Shown here piece after piece: positions 1-9,445 of a DNA stretch of 20,000 nucleotides. This stretch comes from Chiloscyllium plagiosum (lineage: Eukaryota): NCBI RefSeq assembly GCF_004010195.1, contig NC_057718.1:11920765-11940764 (forward strand), given 5' to 3'. The position numbers and the translations under genes were made by a program. Each line of letters starts with the position of its first letter. The first letter of the stretch is position 1. Under the pieces are notes generated by a model that saw nothing but the letters and a program-made list of their open reading frames with translations, had not been told where the DNA came from and searched no databases.

Positions 1-199
1 CAGACATGTGTTCCTTCCCACTATGTAATGAATAAATGGCATTTGTAGCAACAGTTAGAACATTGATATTGGTGATCAAGAATAGACATTGAAACAAACA
101 AATCTTCACTGGATACTGACTATACTTAGTCAGGATTCAGAGGGATTCCAATGTTCACAATCTACTTTGTGCATAACAACATGAGCAACTGGGATTCAG

Positions 200-455
200 A
201 TAGCAGTTACATTTCTTCAAAACACTCCATGGCATTTCACAGGAGAGTCTTCAAACAGAATACGACACCAAGCCAAATAAGATGATAGAAGGTCAGGCAA
301 ATAAAAGTATGATCTAAGAGATAGCTTTTAAGGAGAATCTTGAAAGCCAGGAGAGACAGAGAATTTTATAGAGGAAATTCCAAAATCTAGGGCCTGGGCA
401 GCAGAAGGTGTGGCCACCAATGGAGAAGCACCTGAGACTGGGAATTGCACAAAAT
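200..455 (-). mobile_element. Degenerate L2-clade LINE 3' fragment (end of ORF2 plus 3' UTR)
   Basis: Its reverse complement resembles the L2 3' end at 16100-16400 (tggatcagtgtcaga vs tggcttggtgtcgta; remnants of the 'GGxAFSxxGPxLWNxL...SFKxxLK' region). Heavily decayed. Confidence 0.6.
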
Positions 456-485
456 GTTCCCATGTGAATTTTAAGCACCTATATC

Positions 486-793
486 TTAGATTAGATTCCC
501 TACAGTGTGGAAACAGGCACTTCAGCCCAACAAGTCCACACCGACCCTCTAAAGAGTAACCCATCCAGACACAAGTCCCTCTGACTAATGCACCTAACAC
601 TATGGGCAATTTAGCATGGCCAATTTACCTGACCTGCACATCTTTGGACTGTGGGAGGAAACCAGAGTACCTGGAGGAAACCCACGCAGAAACGGAAAGA
701 ATGTGCAAACTCCACACAGACAGTTGCCCAAGGCTGGAATTGAACCTGGGACCCTAGTGCTATGAGGCAGCAATGCTAACCACCGTGCCGCCC
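486..793 (-). mobile_element. HE1-type tRNA-derived V-SINE, near full length
   Basis: The minus strand reads GGGCGGCACGGTGGTTAGCATTGCTGCCTCAT... with B-box GGTTCAATTCC, the V-domain-like core TGTGTGGAGTTTGCACATTC...GCGTGGGTTTCCTCC, a CR1-like 3' end and a (TAATC)n tail. About 8 bp are deleted in the A-box region relative to the 10803 copy. Confidence 0.92.
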
Positions 794-1644
794 GAAAAAA
801 ATTAAAGATCTTCATCTTTAAATTTCCAAACTGAAGTGTGAACACTTGTAAAACATCTCGGAACTTGACGATTCATCAGAAATGCTGCTAACTGTTGTTA
901 AAATACCTACATTTAACCCATTTCCATTTTTCAAAACATAAATAGAAATAGTAAATGACATTTCTTCTGGATCAGTGTTGATTGGTCCTACAATTAAAAC
1001 TTTTGCATCTAAAATGCAGAAGTCAAAAAAGGTGTATATAATACATCATGTGTCACAACTGATGCAAATAACCATTAACTATTGCTGTAGAGATAGGGAC
1101 AGCTATCACCATCCAACAGAAAGAAAATCAGCTTGTCAAATTTCACTTTTTTAAAGCCATCATTCATGACCAAAACAACACACAATGGTCTTCTTTGAAC
1201 CACTGTGCTGACTGCATGGGCTAAAACAAACAAAGTTGACATCTTAATAAACACACTATAATTCATAACAAAGTCTGGAATCTGAATTGGAAAGTTGCCT
1301 ACATCTTACTGGAAATCCATCTAATAGAGGCCTGAATGTTGGCCACTTGGAGCTTGCTTATAGCATTACTTTCCATTGTGACCTGACAACATCTGTTTAA
1401 CATTTCAGGCCTTTGTGCAAGTGTTGCCCTTCAACTGGACAAGGGAAGTGGTAAAATAGAACAATGAACAATTCTAGTTTGTCATTACAAACTGATATGT
1501 ATCGACTACAAACATCAAATTATGAGTGGATTCAAAGTAATAATATTGTACAATACATTACTGGATCAAATTCTTTCATTTCCAAACAAAGCAAATAATC
1601 AGTTGGTCAGACAACATTGGTGAACAGAAAAACAAGGTTTGAGC

Positions 1645-1712
1645 TTTTGTTGATGACCTTTCTTCAGAGCTAGGAGAACACTGGTGAAAGGTCACTGGCC
1701 TGAAATGTTAGC
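1645..1712. mobile_element. Decayed palindromic PLE-derived repeat core with a degenerate hammerhead motif
   Basis: Inverted arms tgacctttcttcag (1654-1667) and ctggtgaaaggtca (1681-1694). The plus strand has CTGGTGA-A-AGGTC-act-GGCCT-GAAA-TGTTA, related to the 13607-13815 element. Confidence 0.55.
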
Positions 1713-2242
1713 AAGAATTTTCCCAGCCCTGTGGACATTGGTTTAGGGCAAGTGTGTGGTAAATTTTGCGAAAAAAAGTGACACTGAGATAAGATACCGT
1801 ATGATCAAGCTTGTTTTTAATTCACTTCAGGGCAGTGTTGAACGTGAGTAGGGAACCTCCTTGGATCTGTCTCATAATTAAATAGTTGAGGTTAAGCAGC
1901 CAATGAGAGATTTATCAGCCAATGCACCTGTTTCATGCTCTGTTGACAACTCATTAAGGTCACTGAAGTATATACACAATAAGAAGAGCTTTTTTTGGTG
2001 CGCCATGACCAGAGATCTTGGCCCACCCTGGATCACCAATGGGCTTACTAAATCTTAACCGCAATGTATTTTTTCAGAAAGAAGAATATATATCCAAAGG
2101 TCAACTGCAGTTGTAAATCCAGCTGCCTGGACGGGAAGAGGCAAAAAAAAGACTCTAATGTCATGCATGACAATGTGTCAAAGAAGCTTCACAGGATGAA
2201 AATGCACTACAAACGAACTTCTCATCTCCTTGGAGCATAGTA

Positions 2243-2332
2243 CCTAAGATGGCACCATTACTGGCAACTTGTAAACCTTTCACTGTACTCATTTGAGTAC
2301 ATGTAACAATAAAGCTAATTCAATTCAATTCA
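2243..2332 (+). mobile_element. 3' end of a non-LTR retroelement (Rex-Babar/L2-like)
   Basis: Hairpin TGTACTC-attt-GAGTACA (2284-2301), then AATAAA (2308-2313), then an (AATTC)n microsatellite tail (2317-2332). Confidence 0.55.
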
Positions 2333-3272
2333 GATTGTGAATAGGATTGCAAAGAAATATAGCAGTTTGATGAGAGATATAATTGCATTTTCCTTCTGTC
2401 ATGAAAACACAGGTATAGAGGTTAAAGATGAGCTTCAACTCTGGTCAGTGTGTATTAGTGGCCTGAAGTCCTGATGTGTGGACTTGTGTACTGTGAGAAT
2501 CATAGCTTTGAGAACATTTTTTCAATATCTCTGCACTTCAGGTAAAAAAAGGGTTTCCCTGCCACTTTGAGTGCTGCCAGTCAGTCGCTACCAAAAGGAA
2601 TCAGGCCAAAATAATTTTGATCAACCTACAAACTCAAGTATTTCAAATTGGATTGTTCCAACTACCAGTGTCAATGCGATCGGTGACATCCACTGCAACA
2701 GCCACAAGGAATTCAACAACTGCTTTTTTTGTAAAACTTTCATCTTTTTTAAGTCTTGTCTCTTAATTCTAATCTGCATATATGTGCATTGTGTTACTAT
2801 TTCTTCGTATCTCAAAATTAATGAACCCACTGTTTTCACTCATTCAAGAAAGCCTACTTACATTTTTTTAAAACATTGTTCCTTTTGGTCTGAAAGGAAA
2901 GTATCCACAAGGAAAGAGAGTCTTTTAAAATGAACTGAGGGGGAGGGTAAATAACGGCAGGGAGCCAGTTTGCTTTCCTCACCTGGGAGCTCAATGGTTC
3001 GAGGTATTCTGTCTGGAATCATGAAAAATTTGGGAACCTCGTTAGGGACAGCTCAGTAAAGGCATAACTGATAAGCTAGGAAGTCTTCGATCAGTTACAT
3101 TGTAAACTCCAGCTATACTGTTTCAGAGGTTACTGATCAAAGCATGCCTGCCAGAAAGTGGTTCCACTGCCAGACAGGTGATAGCCATGTTCCTGGAAGG
3201 CACTTTACCTGGCACTTAACAATATCCAGCCCTCCACAAACCTTCAATTATATTTCTCTGCTGTCAGGCTTC

Positions 3273-3352
3273 AACATATAAACAAAAAAAAAGGAGCAGA
3301 TGGGGACCGTTTGTCCTTTGAGCCATTCAATAAGATCATGACTAATCTGTGT
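3273..3352 (-). mobile_element. CR1 LINE 3' UTR fragment
   Basis: ggagcagatggggaccgtt...gagccattcaataagatcatgactaatc aligns with the CR1 3' UTR at 18671-18737 (ggtgcagaagtaggccatt...gccattcaatataatcatggctgatc). Confidence 0.65.
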
Positions 3353-4342
3353 TCTAAGTTCCACAGGCAAACATTTCTCAGGCCTTGAACAATAAAGGCT
3401 ATGGCGAGAAACTTAGGAGATTTACACAAGATGTTGACTGAGGCTTTTCATAATGTCAAGACTGACAGGTTGTATTTTCCAACCGAGTCCCAAACATTGA
3501 GATGAAATGCTTGCTAGTGAGCAGCGACATGTATACTAACAGGGATTATCCACATTATAGTCTAATCTCACTTTCTTAATATCCTCTCTCCCTTTCTCCC
3601 ATCAGCTGGTTACAAATCATGATGTCAAGCATTCCTGATATGAAAGACTGATGGGTACCTGATGACTCCAGCCACTGCCTGCTCCTCTGTATCTCCATTT
3701 TAGAAACCTGGAACCAATATCTCAGGTCATACTCCAAGGCAGATACAACATGCAGCCCATTTCTATGGACACTGGCATCCAACATGTGTTAGCCTCACCA
3801 CATCATCATGGCACATCTGTGATCAACTTGAAAAAGGCCTCTGCACCTTATTGCTATACTTTGGAATGCACCAGCATCTCTCATTGGAGTGAACACTTGG
3901 TATGCTCAGGGACAGGTTCCTAGCTCACACACCTGACCATGCTCTATCTCAGGTCTGTTCACTCACTCACTAAGCAGACACTCACTTTGCACCAACTGGA
4001 TGCTCACAGCATCCCTGCCTCACCTTGCCTTTTTGACATTTTGCCTCCTTAACCAGACCTTACAGACACACTGTATTTCAGGTTTGCCTTGATTTTTAGT
4101 GCAGACTGTGATGACGTTGCTCCTTTAACAAGGTTATGTTGTCCTTGGGTTTTTGTTTTTGGAGAGGTCATAAAGGTAGAGGTTCTGATATATCTGGAAA
4201 TACCTACTTGAAAAAGCTTTTAAGTGTTTTATTAAAACACTTGTACAATGAAAGGACAGTGGCCAGTTCTCCTAGGGTTTTGGTTTGATTTGTTTTTAGC
4301 AAATTGGTTTATTTGCAGCGGCTGGTCAAGTTTTAGCTGAAG

Positions 4343-4394
4343 ACCCAGAGAAGCTTCTGGGGACCCAGAGAAGTTGCTGGGAACCCAGAGAAGC
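4343..4394. repeat. 20-bp tandem repeat (about 2.6 copies) inside the LTR
   Basis: acccagagaagcttctgggg / acccagagaagttgctggga / acccagagaagc. Confidence 0.85.
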
Positions 4395-4470
4395 AGTTCC
4401 ATGCTGATCCTCTCTCTTTCTGACATCTCTCCTGTAAGATTTTACCTTTTTTTGCCAAGGGCTGTTTATT

Positions 4471-4787
4471 GATTAGATTAGATTAGATTCCCTACAGTGT
4501 GGAAACAGGCCCTTCAGCCCAACAAGTCCACACCGACCCTCCGAAGAGTAATCCATCCAGACCCATTTCCCTCTGACTAAAGCACCGAACACAATGGGCA
4601 ATTTAGCATGGCCAATTCACCTGACCTGCACATCTTTGGACTGTGGGAGGAAACCAAAGCACCCGGAGAAATCCCACGCAGACACGGGGAGAATGTGCAA
4701 ACTCCACACAGACAGTCATCCGAGACTGGAACCCTGGACCCTGGTGCTGTGAGGCAGCAGTGCTAACCAGTGAGCCACCATGTCACC
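4471..4787 (-). mobile_element. HE1-type V-SINE, full length, nested in the LTR
   Basis: Colinear and highly similar to 486-793, with a (GATTA)n tail at 4471-4489 and the tRNA-like head at about 4725-4787. Confidence 0.92.
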
Positions 4788-5301
4788 TAAATATGGGGAT
4801 GTTGCACGTATTTGGAACAGCATCACTAAGTTGCAGGAGAGAAAATTGGGTTTTCAGGTAAGTTATTCTAAATGTAGTTTTCCTTTGTTCATGTTTCATT
4901 CAAAAGTCTGAAAATAAATTCTGTTTTATTTAAAACTGCGTATTTCGGCCAGCTGCATCTCCCGTGGAATATCCACTCTACACCTGCTTAAATAACGGGC
5001 TTGGGCTACCTTCCTGAATTGTTTTGAGGGTGTCTGGTCTGTTCTTTAATAAGACATAAAGCCAGGCAACTTATAATGGTTCTCAGCACTCAAGTGTCAA
5101 GGCAGCTGGACATGTTGCTCTACGTTGAAGAGCAGTCCACAAAGTAACCACACTGCATGTACATCAACCAAATGGCTATATATGAAAGTTGAAGGGGATG
5201 AGTCCTCAGTCAAGTCTATGGGGGGCTGTCAACAGGACTCCCAATATAGGACATCAAGGGTGCACTGACTGTCCCGGAACTTAGGCACGGACAGTTGTCA
5301 G

Positions 5302-5385
5302 AGCTTAAAAATGTGTTGCTGGAAAAGCGCATCAGGTCAGGCAGCACCCAAGGAGAAGGAGAATTGACGTTTTGGGCATAAGCCC
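5302..5385 (-). mobile_element. Short PLE pseudo-LTR fragment with a truncated hammerhead motif
   Basis: The reverse complement GGGC-TTAT-GCCC-AAAA-CGTC...gctgcctgacctg...ttccagca aligns with 17568-17636. Flanked by a TTGTCAG direct repeat (5295-5301, 5386-5392). Confidence 0.7.
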
Positions 5386-5695
5386 TTGTCAGCTTGGGGT
5401 AATCAGGTTCAGGGGCTACATCTGTAGGTGCAGTGCAAGCAGTCAGAGGGTTCTTGGATGTCATATGGGGATCTGCAAAGACAGCATTCAGAGGTATGGT
5501 CAATTATCATTCAAGGCTGTCTGTCCAAGTTGGCCATGGGGTTGGGCCACAGTCATGCTGAGGGTCTCGAAATTGTAATTTGGGGCGCAGGGGAAGAACA
5601 AAGAACACTGCAGTAGGAAACTCAGGGCAATGAATCGGAGATTAAAGCCAGCAACTGGGATACTGAAGGGACAAGGACGATGAAGGGGGAATTTA

Positions 5696-6338
5696 TTAAA
5701 ATGTGGTACTGGAAAAAGCAGAGCAGATCAAGCAGCATCAGAAGTGTAGGAGAGTTGATGTTTCGGGCAGGACCTTCCTCAATGGTTAGCACTGCTTCCT
5801 CACAGTGCCAGGGACCCAGGTTCAATTCCTGCCTGGGGCAACTGTCTGTGTGGAGTTTGCACAGTCTCCCTCGGCCTGTCTGCGTGGGTTTCCTCCCGGT
5901 GCTCCGGATTTTTCCCACAGTCCAATGATGTGCAGGTTAGGTGATTTAGCCATGCTAAATTGCCCAGAGTGTTAGGTGCAGGGATAAATGTAGGGGAATG
6001 GGTCTGGGCGGGTTGCCCTTTGGAGGGTTGGTGTGGACTTGTTGGGCCGAAGGGCCTGTTTCCACACTGTAAAAAAAAATTTTAAAAAAAGGACCAGGGA
6101 GAGGAAAGGGAGCTGAGAAATAAATAGAGGGAGGAGAGTGGGTCTGGGGGAAAGGTAGGTGGGATAGCGATAGTTGGATGCAGGTAGGAGGCGAATGGGA
6201 TTCGTCAGTGAGAAGGATGGAGCGGATAGATGGGAAGGAAGAGGAACAGGTTAGGTCAGTTCAAGGGGACTGGGTGGAGAGGGAGAGCTGGACCTGGAAT
6301 GAGGTAAGGGGGTGGGGTGAATTGGAAGCTGGTGAATT
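5696..6338 (-). mobile_element. 3' portion of a Penelope-like retroelement (pseudo-LTR with hammerhead motif plus upstream pyrimidine-rich tract), interrupted by a SINE and cut by an assembly gap
   Basis: 5696-5781 is homologous to 5302-5385 and 17560-17640. The sequence resumes after the SINE (cttcctca|ggacc). The minus strand next to the gap encodes FTSFQ, resembling the end of PLE GIY-YIG ORFs (weak evidence). Confidence 0.6.
5782..6090 (+). mobile_element. HE1-type V-SINE, slightly 5'-truncated, with an A-rich tail
   Basis: tggttagcactgcttcctcacag...B-box ggttcaattcc...gggcctgtttccacactgt followed by A/T runs. It is the reverse-complement homolog of the other three copies. Confidence 0.92.
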
Positions 6339-6341
6339 NNN
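6339..6341. other. Assembly gap or ambiguous bases (NNN)
   Basis: nnn appears in the sequence, and sequence character changes abruptly across it. Confidence 0.95.
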
Positions 6342-6604
6342 CTGGCCAGGGATTGCCAGGTGAAAAGGAGCACCAAGTTTAGAGGGGGCTCGATGACAAT
6401 GCTGAACCATGTTCAGCAAGCCCAACTTTGCTTTCTGTGATTTTAAAGGTGTTCTACAAATGGCAAATGGCTACAGCCACATCTGGAATGGGTGGACTCA
6501 GTGCATTTTATTTTGGGTCACAATATCACTTGTGAGCGACATGAGAACCTTCAATCATGCACCAGCAGAATACAGGATGAAGTCATTGAATCATACCATT
6601 TTCA

Positions 6605-6737
6605 ATCGGAGAGATCTGGGTGTCTTTGTACATCAATGACTGAAAGTAAATATGCAGGTGCAGCAGGAAAATGGTATATTGGCCTACATAGCAAGAAAAT
6701 TCAAGTACAGGAGCAGAAATGTCTTCCTGCAGTTGGA
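6605..6737 (+). mobile_element. Internal CR1 ORF2 fragment
   Basis: Translates to RDLGVFVHQ*LKVNMQVQQ-ENGILAYIARKFKYRSRNVFLQL, homologous to RDLGVLVHHSMKVSMQVQQVVKKANSMLAFITRGIEYRSKEVLLQL in the CR1 at about 19235-19375. Confidence 0.85.
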
Positions 6738-7292
6738 CACATCCTTGGTCAAGGAAGACTTGTCAATGTTCTATGCATATGAAAAGCTGAGAGAGGTCAT
6801 AAGCAATGTTGACAAAGTCATTGGTGTATGTAGATTGGAGATAGACATCTCTGTGAGGCTGAATTCATCCCAGGTCACCTAAAAAGAGGGTCCTGCAGAT
6901 CACTAAGCACAAAGTTTATGCCAAACCTCAGGCAATGCTGTTGCATTGAACTGGTTCTTTAGCTTGAACTGTAAGTATAATGTAAGACACTCTCAAATGC
7001 AACAATGCCTTTCGTGGTTGGTGTAGGACTGAGAGGCGAAAGAGTTAATACTCATGCAGCAATTGCAATGTACTATTGTCTCTTTGTGACATGACCAGTG
7101 GTGCTTTAACAGAATAGGATCCAATATCAAAGTTGCATGTTGAGGCCCTCCTTGTTGGAGTGCTCCTGTCCCACTGTTTGGAGGTGTACATCAGGCTGTC
7201 ATTTGTGTGTGATGCAAATGCTGACTGTTAACATTACTAAGGACCTGTCTATTCCAGATATTCCCCAAACAGGTTCATTGTAAACATGGCTT

Positions 7293-7850
7293 ATGGATCA
7301 AATCATACCAAATGTTATAGTTTTGTTAAAGGTACAGAGAAATGGAAAAGGGAAAGGTGTAGCAACTACCAAACAGACTACACACAAAGGGATCACAGGT
7401 AAAGGTGACCTCCCTGTGAGTAGGAGGTATAGGAGGGCCAGATTCTATTGTCCTTTATGCCATTTCCTCCAGAAGAGCAGAACACAGTTTCCACACAGAC
7501 TGAAGCTGTACTGGGACACACACAGAACAATGTCAACTGCTGGAGTGACATGAAGGAGTGGGAGGCGAAGGAGTGGGAGGCCACCCTGTTCCAGTAGCCA
7601 TCAGGGTGAAAGATACATTTAACGTTTATGTGACTTGTTTCTTCCAAGGAACCACTGTGGATTTGTGGGGTATCTCAATCATCCACTAACAATGTACTAA
7701 GGTCACACTGCTTCAACATGATTGCAGCCCAGACAGTAGGATATGTCTGGAACATTCTGAAATCTTCCCCACATGTGATAGTCCCACATTGAACAATGTT
7801 ACGATGCTGGGCCACAGTGGGCATTTAGGAAACAGTAGCTATGCCTAAGA
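7293..7850 (+). pseudogene. Decayed PIF/Harbinger (HARBI1-like) transposase, N-terminal/HTH part
   Basis: RRYRRARFYCPLCHFLQKSRTQFPHRLKL, then after a frameshift VGGHPVPVAIRVKDTFNVYVTCFFQGTTVDLWGIS. This fits the Harbinger pattern 'PVAxKVxxALNFYATGSFQxxxGDxxGISQ'. A possible LGxxxY remnant lies near 7820-7845. There is a 15-bp tandem duplication at 7552-7581. Confidence 0.7.
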
Positions 7851-8036
7851 AGTTTGTAAGAGGGAAAGTGAAAAGGGCAGGTATACTGTGGGGGCTGGTG
7901 CCCACACTGCCATTGGTGTAGGACGTTGCAGTTGCATATATAAGGAGGAGTCAGCCATGCCATCTGTGCGCCATAAAAGGTGTTTGTTTATAATTTCTAT
8001 CGCACAATGGTGATGTTGTGGGGCAACTCATTCAGG

Positions 8037-8280
8037 GTCTTATACACTTTAATCAAAGTCTACCTCATTCTTCTAAATTTCAATGAAATCAAGCACAGCC
8101 TGTCCAATTTATCCTCATGAGACAACCCAGTCATTCGATATATCCATCTGGTAAACCTCCCCGAATTACCTCCAATGCATTTAGAAACTTGTTAAATAAA
8201 GAAACCAAAACTGCACATAGCATTTGAGACATGGTCTTTCTAATTCCCTATACAGCTGAAGTATTACATCTTTATTTGAA
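8037..8280 (-). mobile_element. Old CR1 ORF2 fragment
   Basis: Colinear with 19018-19265 of the CR1 in this window (aatcaaagtctacctcattcttctaaatttc...gtaaacct...accaaaactgcacatag...tggtct...ccctatacagctg). Confidence 0.75.
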
Positions 8281-8774
8281 TGTTTAACATGGCAAGGTAG
8301 GGAACAGTTTCTACGGCTTCATGTTCTACCTCTGCTAAGGCTCAAGATCTGAGGTCACAATGCTGCCAACAGCTCCAGCAACTGTAGGGGCAGACACAAA
8401 TCTAGATGGAAGAAGGCAAGGCAGAAGGTCTTCAGGCAGAAGATCAGACCTTTCAAGATGTCTTAGCACAAACACATTGCCACTGGCACCTGCAATCTCC
8501 TAGAACAAGACTCTTACCCAGTAGAGATGATGGGCACATGTTAACAACAGTTAACAAGATGCCTTCACTAAAGAGTTATTTCCTGCTTCAGGTCTCTGCA
8601 CCACTCCAAGTCCTTTGCTTTCTTCTCCTACAAGGAGGGACGTGTTCATTGAGATGTCAGTGTTGAAAATGTTTAAGCAGAGAGGAGGGAAGGGCACCGT
8701 TTGTGGAGAGTGACTTTGCGGCATGTGTATGGGAGGAAATAGGTTGTGGATGAGTGCAAATGTTAGTGGCTTAG

Positions 8775-9143
8775 ATTGCGATGAGTCTAGAAAAATATAA
8801 AATCCCAAGGGGTTCTGACAGTGTGGATGCGGAGAGAACATTTCCCTGAAAGGAGAATTGAGAATGAGGGGTCAGTGTCGAAAAATCAGGGTAGCCCATT
8901 TAAAACTGAGATTAGGTGATTTTTTTTCTTTCATGTGTCATGGCCTTTCAAACTGTCTTCCTGAAAAGATTATGGAAGCAAAGTGTTTTAAGGCAGAGGT
9001 GGTTAAATTCTCATTAAGCAAGAGATTGAAAGATTATCATAGTAGATGGTAAAGTAGGTTTGAGATTACAATCAGGTAAGCCATGATCTTATCGAAAGAT
9101 GCTGGAGGGGCTGAATGGCCTATTCCTGCTCCTGATTGTATGT
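8775..9143 (+). mobile_element. Old CR1 LINE 3' end (ORF2 C-terminus plus 3' UTR)
   Basis: Remnants of 'YKIxxGxDxVDxExxFP...RGxxxKIRxxPFKTExR..FF' and the terminal stem-loop region ggggctgaatggcctattcctgctcct followed by a tgtatgt tail. Confidence 0.8.
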
Positions 9144-9249
9144 CCACATGTTCAAGTGCAGCTGCAGGCATGTTGACCTGAGCAATGCAATGCAGAAGAA
9201 TGTTTGGTAAGGCAGTGTGGAGCAGATACTGAAAAATGTTATGTCAATC

Positions 9250-9445
9250 ACCTGCCCTCCCAAAGTCCTGGATCCTGTTGGTGCACTGTTGGTGGGGGGG
9301 CACACTCCTGATGCTAACTTCCTTGGTTAATTCCATCCATGTTTGTCTGTTTGGAGAGGTTATCCTCTTCTTCGTGCCTGTGGGAGAGCTCAGTTTGCTG
9401 CACACTCCTATACTCCAGGTTGGTATCCTTAGAGAACAGCAAGAG
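9250..9445 (-). pseudogene. Decayed Myb/SANT-like DNA-binding exon of a Harbinger transposon
   Basis: LFSKDTNLE, then after a frameshift KKRITSPNRQTWMELTKEVSIRSVPPHQQCTNRIQDFGRAG. This fits the 'WxEIAxxVS...RxxxQCxKRxxDL' trihelix pattern. It is followed by a possible donor site AG|gtgatt. Confidence 0.6.

Larger units (their letters stand above)
4107..5051 (+). mobile_element. Putative solo LTR (Gypsy/ERV-like) interrupted by an HE1 SINE
   Basis: Starts TGTGATG and ends TAATA (a CA>TA variant of a TG...CA end). Flanked by a 4-bp direct repeat AGAC (4103-4106, 5052-5055). AATAAA at 4913-4918. About 630 bp long once the SINE is removed. Confidence 0.6.

Noticed and set aside
600..845. ORFs overlapping SINEs (600..845, 4643..4861, 5622..5918, 5680..5928, 10831..11154)
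   Set aside because: These are chance reading frames through HE1 SINE copies, and the same peptides recur in each copy.
2571..2933. 120-aa ORF as a host gene
   Set aside because: It starts at GTG, has AT-rich non-coding-like composition and contains no recognisable domain.
3657..3675. CTGATGA heptamer as another hammerhead
   Set aside because: No stem II or GAAA follows at the required spacing.
4343..4394. Partly palindromic 20-bp repeats resembling CRISPR direct repeats
   Set aside because: There are no spacers, only about 2.6 units, and they sit inside a putative LTR.
6740..7100. Possible additional minus-strand Harbinger transposase remnant (TALP... motif)
   Set aside because: The similarity is too short and degenerate to support by eye.
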